A stretch of 64,000 nucleotides of DNA. It comes from Macrostomum lignano. Taxonomy: Eukaryota. Position numbers and translations under genes: made by a program. Below are positions 1 to 13,200 of this stretch, in pieces. The first letter of the stretch is position 1. Each line of letters begins with the position of its first letter. Location: NCBI GenBank assembly GCA_002269645.1, contig NIVC01002605.1:1-64000 (forward strand), given 5' to 3'. Under the pieces are notes generated by a model. The model was not told where the DNA came from and did not search any database. It saw nothing but the letters and a program-made list of their open reading frames with translations.

Positions 1-310
1 CTATTAGGAGTTGTTTCGCGCACATCTTAGCCAGTTTGCCTTTACTGTGGCATGTTTTAGATTTTCTAACTTAAGCAGTACCCCTCCACCGACTGAGTTG
101 GCATGGCTTGGCAAGGACAGCAGTAGTGATGTGAAAGAAACAAATAATTCATGATGATTGTACGATAGAGAGAAAATTGCCTGCGAAAAGAGACGCTAAC
201 AAGATAAGAAAACAAAAACTGTTGACGTCGGAGTGGTCTGCGCGACTTTAGAGAGTTAAGGGAGAAAGAAGATAGATGGTGAGAATCATGATGAGAGCTG
301 CGGTGGAGAC

Positions 311-720
311 AGTGTGAGAGTCAGGGTGGAGTCAGTGTGAGAGTCAGGGTGGAGTCAGGGTAAGAGTCAGGGTGGAGTTAGTGTGGAGTCAGTGTGAGAG
401 TCAGGGTGGAGTTAGTGTGGAGTCAGTGTGAGAGTCAGGGTGGAGTTAGTGTGGAGTCAGTGTGAGAGTCAGGGTGAGAGTCAGGGTGGAGTCAGGGTGA
501 GAGTCAGGGTGAGAGTCAGGGTGAGAGTCAGGGTGGAGTCAGGATGAACCAGGAAGGAGTCAGGGTGGAGTCAGGGCGAGAGCAGAGTGGAGTCAGTTTG
601 GAGTCAGTGTGTCAGTGTAAGAGTCAGGGAGAAGTCAGGGTGAACAGGGAGAAGTCAGGGTAAACCAGGGAGGAGTCAGGGTGAGAGTCAGAGTGAGTCA
701 GGGTGGAGTCAAGATAATAG
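311..720. repeat. Degenerate tandem repeat, about 11-bp unit (gagtcagggtg)
   Basis: Direct reading. Confidence 0.85.
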
Positions 721-755
721 TGGTGATGCCTACAATGCTGAGAGTCAGGACGCGG

Positions 756-1220
756 TCAAACAGCGGGCGGGTCCTCCTCAACGATGGAGGCGCCGCCGGC
801 GCTGGCTCCCGCGCCGAGCTGCAGGTGGCCGGAGCCGCCTAGCGGGCCAACCCAGTCGATGGAGTGGCTCTTGCCGCCAACTTGTGCGTGCGCGCGAAAC
901 ACCCCCCCACTGGCAGCCCCGGCAACGACGGCACTGGCGGAGCTGCCACCAGCCACTGCGGTCACCCTGCCGACTCCGTCTAAGCCGCCGACGCTGGAAT
1001 CGGGCAGCGCGGAGGCGGAGTCGGCGTCCTCGGCAGGGTGACCGGCGCCGCCGCTGCCGCAGGCGACGGCATCGTCAGCGGAGGCAAAGCGGGTCATGGG
1101 CCTGGGGTGGGTGTTCGACCGGCGGTAGAGCAGCATCTGGCGCTGCCGGCGCAGCTCAATGAAATCCTTGCGATCCTCCAAGTCCTCCAGGGTGCTTTTG
1201 AAGGCGCGGACGACGCGCAG
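756..1220 (-). CDS. PMCA: PMCA distal terminal exon completing the calmodulin-binding domain
   Basis: Acceptor atccacgcag then [18 protein letters not shown]..., phase 0, matching the donor CAG|gtaag at 11624. TGA at 756-758. Confidence 0.9.
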   Translation of the reverse strand: MRVVRAFKSTLEDLEDRKDFIELRRQRQMLLYRRSNTHPRPMTRFASADDAVACGSGGAGHPAEDADSASALPDSSVGGLDGVGRVTAVAGGSSASAVVAGAASGGVFRAHAQVGGKSHSIDWVGPLGGSGHLQLGAGASAGGASIVEEDPPAV

Positions 1221-4200
1221 CTGCGTGGATTTTGATGCGGTTCGGAGATCGAGGGGGAAACGTGTTGGCTTGGCCGGTTGGGAGGTGGAGGTTGGCACTG
1301 GACGCAATTGGGGATTCCCTAGTTACGGAAACTCTGAGGCTGGCGGAGCGGGCTGCCGCAGGTGAGCCGCGCAACTCGCTGGCATCCGACTCGAGGTCGT
1401 GCTTGACTACCGCTGCGCCTTTCCCTCCCTCTCCCTCTCCCCTCAGCCTCTCAGCCTCTCCCTGTCCCCGTCTATCTCTCAGCCTCACTCTAGACTCTAG
1501 CTCTCCCCTTCTTTTTTTCTCTATAAATCCTTTCCCTCTGTATCCGCCTCTATTGTTCTCGTCGCGTCACGCAGGATTTCTGCGCGCTACGCAGGCCTCT
1601 GCGGAGCTGAACCGCGAACTCGCAAGGGCATGGGGGCAAACGGGAGGGCAAAAAGAAGGTCAAACAAAAAGGTGAACAAAAAAGTGCCTGAAAACTCAAG
1701 TGACAGAATGTGTACGAGCATCGCTACTGCCCCCATCTCAATTTAGTAGTAAGAAGCGGGTGCGCGTGTTATCATACGAGTACTATAGAATATAAAATCA
1801 ATGTAGCTAGCTCGTAAAATAAGTTCCGTGTCAACTAAAAATGACTTGTGTTCCACTTAAAGAGCTGTGAAGAAGACTTAAAAAAGTTTAGCAAGTTAAG
1901 CTTGAAATAATATAGCAAAGCACTCGTAGCATTCTAACTTGGCTACTAAATTGGGGGAAAAGATAGCTAAGCAACTTTAAAGCAAAATTCCTATAACGGT
2001 AGGAAACTTATAGTTATGGTGACTTTTTTTTAGAAAATACATGCATAATTGCATTAATCCAACACCATGCTTACACCAACAGCTAAAGGTAATTAGCTAG
2101 CTGATCGTGGAGCAAGGATGCTTAATTATCTATATGTACAGTACTAATAAAGATTTAGCAAAGGAATAGTTATCGTCATCGATGCCACTAACTGAAGATA
2201 AAGCAAATTACCGAAAATATCAGAATCATGCAATCAAATGTTAGAACCGAAAGATAAATGAGAATGCTATTGTTACTACTCAGTAATAAGAATATGCGTA
2301 GTATTTGTTGCAAAATAAACTGAGTTGGAATTTGGAAGCAACAAACAAAATATGCACAAACTGCTACACAATGGCTAATGATATCCGTGTTTCAGTTAAG
2401 AATCTACCTCGTAGATAAGAGGAACTTATTAGTAACAAGCTTGCCAAAAGAAAAATGCAATCTACTAAACAGGTTTCGAACGGCTAAAATGAAAGAAAGT
2501 AGTGTATACTGCAGTGTGCAGATCCAACACCGACATGTGTCTGAAGTTGGCTGGAGCTGTTCTAGCTACTTACCGTTTGCATCTGCAAGAATAAAAAGGG
2601 AGGGAAGGAGAGAGTGGAGCGGGAGGTACGGTAGGCAATAACGGAGCCATTGGGGAGAATTATACTATTCATTTAAAGGAACACATATTGGAAAAATAAA
2701 TCCGGAAAAGTAAAATTAAACTTGAACTATAGTAAGTCGGCTAAACTATATTTAAGCGAATTTTATTTAGCTTACTTTTAATTACCTTTCTAAGTTGAAA
2801 GTATGACAAAATAATAGATCTTACTTTCCATAGTATAAATGAGAGTAAAAAAATAATACCGATAGAAAAGAATCATATTAATTCAGATAAATTTTTCGAA
2901 TCGAAAAAAATATATAGATGGGGTTGATTATATGTAGAAATAAATTTAACCTGTAGTCTAAATATAGTTATTTACAAAAATATTTTGTTCGCGATTATAA
3001 ACCGGATATGAATTTAATCGTTTACAAAAATATTGTTGCCAATATTAGCAGACCAATCGACAACTATTCAAATAATGGCCAACGTGTTTCAGAAAATTTA
3101 TTTTAAAAGCACTCTGCATCTCTACATTCATTATTCTAAACCTAAATGGTGCTTTTTTTCCAGTAAAACAACAAAAATGTCAATTAAATGTTTTAATTTA
3201 TACGCTTTCATTGCCGCCACAAATTCACGTCTGCTATATTTAGCTGGTAGAACGAAAAAGAAACGATATTTTCAAACACGAATAGTTTGTTAAATTAAAA
3301 TTTTGCGTGCGTTTGTTTTTAGCGCTCGATAGTAAAACGCGCAAAAATCGATAGAAACACGCGTAGAATTTCGCTATTTGACAGTTTCTAATGATCGTTA
3401 ATTATTAAAATACAATAATGTAGTTCGTATAGAGATGCCAGTATATGCGTAAACAAAATAACGTACTGTAGATATAAAGTAGTGCTTTGGACAGTAATAG
3501 TAGTTCAAGATGAAGCGAGACGAGATGACAGCGTTGCTTGTTTTACAATAAGGATAAAAAAATTTTATCTTTAAAAAAGATTTTCGATAAACTTTACACC
3601 GAAAATCAAAAGTTACGGTGCAGATTTTTTAAGTAGCTCCAACGCCTTTCTTTGTTCCATTAGTTCTTTTTTATGTTAGAACTACGAGCGTATATAGACA
3701 CTACAAGCAATGGTAAAATTTCAGTAAATATTGAAACCACAAATAGAAGGAAGCAGCCTATATAGCTAATCAAGCGACAACACCGTATATAGTCGAGGTG
3801 GCAGGCTTGGGTTAAACTAAAGCGGTTGAGCGTGTATTTTTAGTATTTATGTTCTGTCAGGATGGGAGAGTAAAACACGACTTGAATTAGAGACTATAAC
3901 AGAACTAAGGATATAATCGATATAAATATGACACAGTATAAATAATGATAAACAAGCAATGGGCGTAATATACGAGCTAGTAGTGATGCTAACTGTACGT
4001 ATTTGATAAACAAAGCATGCTAAAATTGTTTATTGATTTTGTTAGTTTGAACAAAACATGATTAACTATATAAGCTACACACGTCGCTATAAGCTTTTAG
4101 GTAGCCGCTGGGCCGAACTCGATGAGTTTTAAGAGTTGTTTCTTGACTCTCAGTTATCTTTCTTTTGTAGCTCCTCTTCTTCCGACTCATTTAATGGCTG

Positions 4201-7200
4201 CTGATCTTGCTTTTCCTGCTGCTGCTGCTGTCCGCGGCTGCTCAGCAGCCTGTCGCTGCTATTGGAACTCGGAGGCCCAGCCGCCTGCCCGACTCCAACT
4301 ATGGTCATTCGGCGCTCTTCGATCTTGCGCAGAGCCGACACCATCCAGGGATCGATTGAGCGCAACTCGTCTGCCCGTCGGCGCTGTACAGTTGTTGTTG
4401 TTGACAAATGAAAGGTGAGGGAAATTGTAAAGGGGTTTGCGGATTGGGCGCGTCTTATTAGCACATGTATTGAGTCGGGTTGGCCGCTACTAAACCTCAA
4501 TCGAATGAATAAGCCGATGAGTTTTCACTTAATCCGCTAGCGCTCTTAGGGCATCCAAGCGCTCTGGAAGAAGACCCCTTCCCGTGAACTTACGAGAAAA
4601 TGACAATTAAGCCTGATCAGATCAGTGCATACAAACAATTGGGGCTGTTAAAGAGAGACCTTTTAACAATTGGATAGGAATCATTTTAAGTGTTAGTAAC
4701 TGCGATTTAGTGTGTCAAAAACAGCACTCAAGGTGTAAAAAACAATGACGCCTCGATCGGGTGTTAGGAATGGCACTGCAGGTACCAACGATGGCATTTT
4801 TGTGTCTACCCTTCTTCTGTCAGGAAGAATAAAGCTGTTTGAGCGTTGACACTTAATTGAGATGTCAAGAAGAATACCTGTTTGAGTGCTGACACTTAAT
4901 TGAGATGTCAGGAAGAATACCTGTTTAAGCGTTGACACTTAATTGAGATGTCAGGAAGAATACCTGTTTGAGTGTTGACACTTAATTGAGATGTCAGGAA
5001 GAATACCTGTTTGAGTGTTGACACTTAATTGAGATGTCAAGAAGAATACCTGTTTAAGCGTTGACAATCGAGATGTCAGGAAGAATACCTGTTTGAGTGT
5101 TGACACTTAATTGAGATGTCAGGAAGAATACCTGTTTGAGTGTTGAAACTTAATTGAGATGTCAGGAAGAATACCTGTTTAAGCGTTGACAATCGAGATG
5201 TCAGGAAGAATACCTGTTTGAGTGTTGACACTTAATTGAGATGTCAGGAAGAATACCTGTTTAAGCGTTGACAATCGAGATGTCAGGAAGAATACCTGTT
5301 TGAGTGTTGACACTTAATTGAGATGTCAGGAAGAATACCTGTTTGAGTGTTGACACTTAATTGAGATGTCAGGAAGAATACCTGTTTAAGCGTTGACAAT
5401 CGAGATGTCAGGAAGAATACCTGTTTGAGTGTTGACACTTCATTGAGATGTCAGGAAGAATACCTGTTTAAGCGTTGACAATTGAGATGTCAGGAAGAAT
5501 ACCTGTTTGAGTGTTGACACTTAATTGAGATGTCAGGAAGAATACCTGTTTAAGCGTTGACAATTGAGATATCAGGAAGAATACCTGTCTGAGCGTTGAA
5601 AATTTGCAATCTATACCTAGTCAAATGACAAAATTTCAAGTATCAGTACGCTGGTAACAGCCCCGGTGTCAAGAATGGCGCTGTAGGTGTCAGGAACACC
5701 ACTTTAAGGATTCAGTGAGGTTAGAGAGGTTGGTTCCCAATAGTGAGTTTGCTAGGCTAGCAGATAAGATCACTCATCGGAGAATGCATCCGATTTCGGC
5801 TTAAAAAATTGGCTCGAAAAACCGAATAAAAAATGTCATATGCAGGAAAATGACGTATTGCTATAAGATACATGTGGTAATTTTGTAAGTGCGCTATTTA
5901 AAACCCGCATGCCACATGACTGAGGTATTTTTAATAACTACGTAGTAGCAGTAGAAGAATGGAATTTTATTAAAAAACCGGCCTTCTAATTTTTATTGGC
6001 CAGAGATTTATAACATGTCTTAGTGTTGCGTGTTGAGCGATCCATCCTTCTACTTGAAGTTCTGTATACTCAAACCCATAACAATATATATTGGTAGTAG
6101 TATTGGTTTTAACTTATTATATATATAAACTTACAGTGGTTACATATGGTAGCGATATAGATGGCATAAATATATTACTATATAAATATCGTATTGACAG
6201 CACATTTTCTTGTGATCTTTTAGATATCTATATTTTAGATATTTATGTATAAGTTTGAATACGATTGTTTTGTTATACTGGTCTATCAACCATGCAGTTT
6301 TATTAGGAAATGTTTAATAAAGAAACAATTTTCTACTTGTATTTTGCTTCGATTAAGATAAATGTGATATTTATCATTGAGTATAGTTAGATTACAAACT
6401 ACGTAACAATATTCCAGGTTAATATGAGCATGACGAAGCAAAACGTGTGCAATGGTTTCAGATGAAATCAAATCAATTTGTCACTATATAATAGCAGATT
6501 GCTAAACATATTTGTTAGTTTAATGAAAAGTTGAGCTATCTATTTAGCATTATTTAAATTATAAAGTGCAAATTGCAAAGAATCTGATTACTTTTAATTA
6601 TAAGTCTAAGTTTTGCGAAATAAGGTGCTACGGTGAGTAACGATTTGCAGTTAACAGAAAAAGTAAAAACAGGGAACGACTGGTTTATATAATACGGGCA
6701 ACTCGATGGGATTACTAAACTCGGACGGCACGGCGCGGTTTAAGAAATGTTTTTTAAACACTTTTGTTAATTTTACATCGCTTCGTTTCTGAATATTTTT
6801 ATTAATTATAATAAACTATAGCTAATCACCTAACAACTTTTAATGTAGCTATCGATAATGGAAACGCAAAACTTAAATTTGCTACGTCAAAGCGAAGCTA
6901 AAATAATACGCTTGTTATGTAATCATTTTTAAAAGCGAACATTAAATTGCTGGCAGTTTTTTAGCATGCGGTAGTTGATTATTCGGATATGCGAGTATTA
7001 ATCGTGGTACAACAGTAAATATGATGGATAGTATATATAAGAATATTTTTTAATAATAGTATTCAATATTCACAATTATATTTGTTACGCCCCCCACTTT
7101 TCATTTTAAAAAATTCGATTGACAAATATTCAGCTGTGATTTTAATCTACATGTATCTACTACAACCTTAAGACTTTTACTCATTCGTTACTTTTATTTA

Positions 7201-10200
7201 CATTTATAACGATATAACTGCATATATATAACTCTATAACTTATTTAAACTGTGACTATATTTATCACTAAACATTGTATTGTCCAGATGAAATCCAAAT
7301 CCGTTAAATCATATTTAACGAACGCGGATTTAGCTTTCAATTGTGGATTATAAGACGCCATGATATACATGTTCTATATAGTTATTGATTTTAATGACTA
7401 TTGTTTAATTGATATACATGTGCATAATACATTCAAAGCTTACTTAATTAAACACGAAAGGCCGTAGGGGAGGCACAGACTTGTGAGGGTGGACTTGGGG
7501 GCAAGAAAGATTATTATATGGGTCCTTGGGCTGTGTGTACAAAGCCAATGTACAAAGGCTTGGTGAGTGGGGTGGGCAGAGAATAAACTTGTTTTGGACG
7601 CATACAGAATTATATATGTACGGCTCTGGGTGGTTTTGGGTTAGGGGGTAGGGCCTGTATGTACAATTGACACTATAGTAGCTATAATAGCTCGTACCTC
7701 CAAAGTCTAAACTCCAGTACTCCAGCCCCAATTTTCATAGTAAAAAATGCAGCTAAAGCAAATGAATTAACTAGAGCAAGTTGATGTTATTTTTAAAAAG
7801 AATAAGTAAAAAATACAGAATTTGCTTACGTTTTGTTTGATTAACTACGGAGAGGCAGAGTCTGACTTGTAACACCGGAGAATATTGACGGCCGCTTGTT
7901 GACTTCTTCATGCTCAGTTATCACTTTTGTCGGATTCCAAATTTAGTATCCGCGCGGGAATAATTTTACCCATATTGGAGTGTAGATCGAGACATACGTG
8001 TACACATGTACAAAATGTACAAGCTGGCGGTCAAAAGCCAGATATCAGGTTCTTTACATTCGGGGACTGGTGCAGGGGTTTGTGATGTTCAGGCTCAAGC
8101 TTTTGAAAGTGCAATTAATAGATGGAAATAATTAACTCAGCAGCAACAGGCGATTGATCTCTCGTTGTCAACTTGGGGCAACAGTACAAAACAAACATTA
8201 TTATATTGGAATAATCTTTCGAGTAATTTTGTGTGGCTGCATAGTTTTGGAAGATTCGATAACTCGTCTTCTGTTGGTACAAATAAAGAGATATCATGCG
8301 TTGCTGAGTATATTATTAGCCATATTTCTAAACTGCAAACCTCACTTTGAAAAGCTTTTTACATGTATGTAATATTAGCAATTTACTCCAGGTAATTGTA
8401 TGTGTATAAGGTAAATCCGGACCCTCATTGCATAAGAAGAAAGAATTGACAACAGTGACGTACAACAATGGAGTCTTAACAGTAACAATAAGCATTAGCA
8501 CGGATGCTTTGACTGCAAGCAGCACAGAGACAGACAAAAGCAACATAGTCAATTGGCTAGTTATAGCTAGCAAAGTCGCACCCAATCGTCTCTAGTGGCA
8601 TTGATTATCTTACGGGTATGCCCAACTTAATATTTTGTCTTAACTGATGAAAATGAAATCCGCAAAAGGCGAAAAAAATCTGCAAATTTTTCATGTTAAA
8701 TTGGTCTGTCACTTGAAAAAACGTTTAAAATAATGACAAGACCAATTTAACATGAAAAATCGATTAATGCGTCGTTAGAGCAGCATGTGAGGCACAAAAT
8801 AGTGTGATTAGAACTTTCTCTGACACTGTTAAGAGACCCAATCACTGTTTTAGTGTTGAAAATCGTAAAATTTCCTATCTCCGTAGTGTCTTTTTCCGGT
8901 GAAACCTGCCTTTAAAACTATTTCTAAACGAAAAGCTTTATGAATATCGATAGAGCAATAAGAAAGGCACAACATATCAAAAGATGAACTCTGGATCTGC
9001 CTCCCATCAAAAGCAATAACAATTTATGTGCTGAAAAAATTAAAACCTCCTATCTCTGTAGTGTATTTTTTCGGCGAAAAGTTGCCTTCAAAATATTTAC
9101 CATAGATTTCGAGTGTAGCGTCCTATATATATGTTTACTTGAGTAGTCCTTGAGGTTTTACTGTAAAAGTATACTACAGAGATAGAATAAATTCCTTTTT
9201 CAGCACATAAAGTGCTATTGCTATTGATAGGAGGCAGACCCAGTGTTCATATTTCGATGCCTTGCCTTCCTCATAGCTCTATTAATACTCACAAAGCATC
9301 TCGTTTAGAAAATTAGGATTATGCTTAATTATCGACTCATTGGTTTTAGAAATCTATTTTGTTACTCTGTTACACATTTGCATGTAACAGAATCCTAAAT
9401 TTTGTGACATTAGTTTCCCGTCCATCTACTTGAGTAGTCCTTGAGTCCCGACTGCGATTGTTGCAGATGGTCACACAGATAAATCAAAGCCACTAGGGCT
9501 CACTGGGCTTGACTGCCATTTTGTTGTGGTTTAGCACAGATCTAGGCGTTATAAGCTGAGCATAGCAAATAATACGGTTAGTGATTGAAAGCACTTTATT
9601 AAATACAAACTCAAATAAAGACAAGTTCATCGTTTTAATTTCAATATTACCAAAATTACCAAAATTGATATAGAAAAATAATAAATCTATCTCCAACAGA
9701 CATTATTAATTTAAATTACTATTGTTTTTTTAAAATAACACTCACTTTACAATCAAGGTGGAAAATAAAGCAAAGTAAAAATAATGCTTAACTAAGCGCA
9801 TATTAAATTGGCACACAGATCGGCAATAACAAAAATCAAGATTGGCACGGGTCCAGCAAATTAAAAAAATAATCGATTAGCGAATCAAAGTAAGAAAAGA
9901 TGGTTAACAAATTGCATTGCAGCAGCGGCGGCTATAAGCTTCTCATTAAAGTAGTTTGTAATATTTATTCTATTACGTAATCTAATTACGTAACCTTGAT
10001 AAAGAATAAAATTTTTGTTTATATGCACCAGTTAAGTTTTGTAAAAAATGCGGATTAGGTCATTTTTCTGATCGTGCAAACACAGGTTGTTGTCTTTCAC
10101 CAGGAAAATGACACCGCATAATTATTAATGATGATATAAATTTTATAAAACGTTTAACGTGATTTGAACTGAAATTTAATTTCGAACAGAAATCCAATTT

Positions 10201-13200
10201 TCCGTATAATTCACATACTTTTTGACAGACTAAAAGAAGCTCCAAAGAGAAGAATGCTTTCATTCCTACTGAGCAGTAGTAGTGTATGGCGCATTGTGCA
10301 AGCAAAAATGAAATTAGATATTGATCGATAGAATGGACCCATTCTGTAACCGCCACCCCCGTCCCGAACCCTCCAATCCCCAGCGAACGACCCCCGCGGA
10401 CACAAATTAGATTTTTTAACAACCTTAGCTTCGCGGCAAAGCTTGGCTAAAGTCGCCATGCCAGCGACGCTAAATCGCCTGACGGCCGCCAATTGGGCCG
10501 GGGACAGCGGCTGCAAATTGGAGCGAGAATTGCGGATTGCAACGGTCTCAGGCGTCTCCTTCTCTCTTAGCTTACTCCACATTCCGGTGTAAGGCATGAT
10601 GGGACCAGAAAGAATGTGTGTGGATGGGAGCAACATTTCTGCGCTCTTCCACGTCGACACAAATTGGATATGAATTTTTCATTTACAATTATTTGTACTC
10701 TCTTTCTCATTTCTTCTCTTTTCTCTCGTTTCCTATCGCGCTCTGCTCCATTCATTCCCCTTTACCTCTCTTCTCTCCTCTATTCATTCCCCTTTAACTC
10801 TCTCCTCTCCTCTATTCATTCCCTTTTAACTCTCTCCTCTCCTCTATTCATTCCCCTTTAACTCTCTCCTCTCCTCTATTCATTCCCTTTTAACTCTCTC
10901 CTCTCCTCTCCTTCATTTCCCTCAACCTCTCCTCTCCTTTATTCCCCTCAACCTCTCCTCTCCTTCATTCCCCTCAACCTCTCCTCGCCTTTATTCCCCT
11001 CAACCTCTCCTCTCCTTCATTCCCCTCAACCTCTCCTCGCCTTTATTCCCCTCAACCTCTCCTCTCCTTCATTCCCCTCAACCTCTCCTCGCCTTTATTC
11101 CCCTCAACCTCTCCTCTCCTTCATTCCCCTCAACCTCTCCTCGCCTTTATTCCCCTCAACCTCTCCTCTCCTTCATTCCCCTCAACCTCTCCTCGCCTTT
11201 ATTCCCCTCAACCTCTCCTCTCCTTCATTCCCCTCAACCTCTCCTCGCCTTTATTCCCCTCAACCTCTCCTCTCCTTCATTCGCCTCAACCTCTCTTCTC
11301 CTTTATTACCCTTAACCTCTCTTCTCCCTATTCTCCCCAACCCATCTAACAATAGCAAGATCAGTGTAGTGAGCAATACAGAATACAGAACGGCACATAA
11401 AGCGCTTATACAAGCCACTGCTCAGTAAGGACGAACAAGGGACTAAATATAGCTATTTGAAGATTGCTAAACTCTGGATCCTTCTCTGAATCGAATGATT
11501 TTCTCGTTATTCTGGGAACACGTTGGCCATCAATAGTTTTATAACTCGTTTAGATAAAAATTCAATGACAAAAATTATCAGAGGTAGATAGAGACACATA
11601 ACAGTGATAGAACAGCATCTTACCTGCGTCTGCAGCCGAGCCAAGCCTCGGATCCACAACACCTGTCCCTTCTTGTTAATATCCGATTCAACATCCGTGA
11701 GCGAGGCCATCTGGTCGTACTGCTCCTCCTCGAGGATCTGTTCGATCTCCTGTTCCGTGCTGCCGCCAATCTCCAGGCACGAAGGCAGGACAGAGATTGG
11801 CACTGTGATCACCAACTGCGGCAATGGCGCGTTTGGGATGAATAGAAATCATTGTTTCATTTGTGCAACTTTCTATAGATCTCTATAAATACTTTAGCGG
11901 CAAACCCCATCCAGGTAACTTGTGTCAGCTGACAGAACCCCATCCAGGTAACTTGTGTCAGCTGACAGAACCCCATCCAGGTAACTTGTGTCAGCTGACA
12001 GAACCCCATCCAGGTAACTTGTGTCAGCTGACAGAACCCCATCCAGGTAACTTGTGTCAGCTGACAGAACCCCATCCAGGTAACTTGTGTCAGCTGACAG
12101 AATCCCATCCAGGTAACTTGTGTCAGCTGACAGAATCCCATCCAGGTAACTTGTGTCAGCTGACAGAATCCCATCCAGGTAACTTGTGTCAGCTGACAGA
12201 ATCCCATCCAGGTAACTAAGAATCGGAAAAAGTTTGCATTCTCTCTCACCTGGTGCCAGACGAGGGTGCCAAAACCGAAGCAGAGGCACCAGAGCCAGTG
12301 GCTCAGCTCCAGACGCGCGTTCTGAACACCATGCCGCCGTACTGGACAATCAGAATCTGCAGAAATTTATTAAGATCACTTTTTATAACTCAATAAGGTT
12401 CAATAAACTCAATAACGATGAGACAGTCGGGCCGCTGTACACCCTGTGTGAGCGTGACTACTCGCCTCCCCTCGGGTTGCGAGTCTTTGATTTGCGGCAG
12501 CGCCCCAATGGGCCCTGCAAACTGACTAACCTGGAGAACGAAGGTGGTGATCCAAATGAGCACAAACAGCAGGTTGCGCTGCAGGCCCGAGAAGATGTTC
12601 CGCTGGTTGTGAATCTTCCTGGCGTTGATTTCGTTGAACAGAGTCATCAGCACGAAGGCGTTAAATATAGCGGTAAAGTGCTCGGTAGGGACCCGGCTGC
12701 CAATCTCGATGGGCGTGTCAATCATCTTGTCGCCTAGAGATAGGTATTGGATTAGGTCATTGTAGCACAGTAGGTTATGACTAGTCTGACTACTCATGGG
12801 GTACTCCATGCAATTGCAATAGAAAAGTTGGTTCCCTACCGCAGAACAGCAGGAAGAAGGTGATAACCAGCTGGTAAAGCGCATTGCCCACAATATTCCT
12901 CAGCATGGTGGTGTCAATCAGCGGCTTGGTCCGGCCGTAGGGCTTTCTCTCAAGCAGCTCGTCGCTAGGCAGCTCAGTTGCCAGGGCCAGAGAGGCCAGC
13001 GTGTCCATGATGAGGTTCACCCACAGCATCTGGATGGCTCGCAGCGGCGTGTCCTGTTTTGACGGGCAATGTACTTGTCAATGTACGGATCATACGATCA
13101 CTCAATGTAAGTAAGTACGTGTGCATCGAATCTACTCAAATGCACCAATCTACACTCGAATCTACTATAAAAATGAAACGAATTTACTCAAGAAACCTGT

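Noticed and set aside
784-1675. Plus-strand ORFs overlapping the PMCA terminal exon, and similar antisense ORFs over other exons
   Set aside because: They are shadow ORFs of GC-rich coding sequence with no recognisable products.
4840-5600. Regular 30-45-bp repeats resembling CRISPR arrays (also 30555-30990 and 15040-15700)
   Set aside because: Units are head-to-tail with no unique spacers, there are no cas genes, and the context is eukaryotic introns.
10211-10660. Third alternative PMCA terminal exon ([10 protein letters not shown]...RRFSVAG, or a DVEERR-containing frame)
   Set aside because: The only phase-0 AG (gagtaag) has no pyrimidine tract and the upstream sense strand is purine-rich. 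The DVEERR frame has no acceptor. It is not supportable without RNA data.
12305-12325. Programmed ribosomal frameshifting to explain the PMCA and IDH1 lesions
   Set aside because: There is no slippery heptamer or stimulatory structure, and single-base assembly deletions are the simpler explanation.
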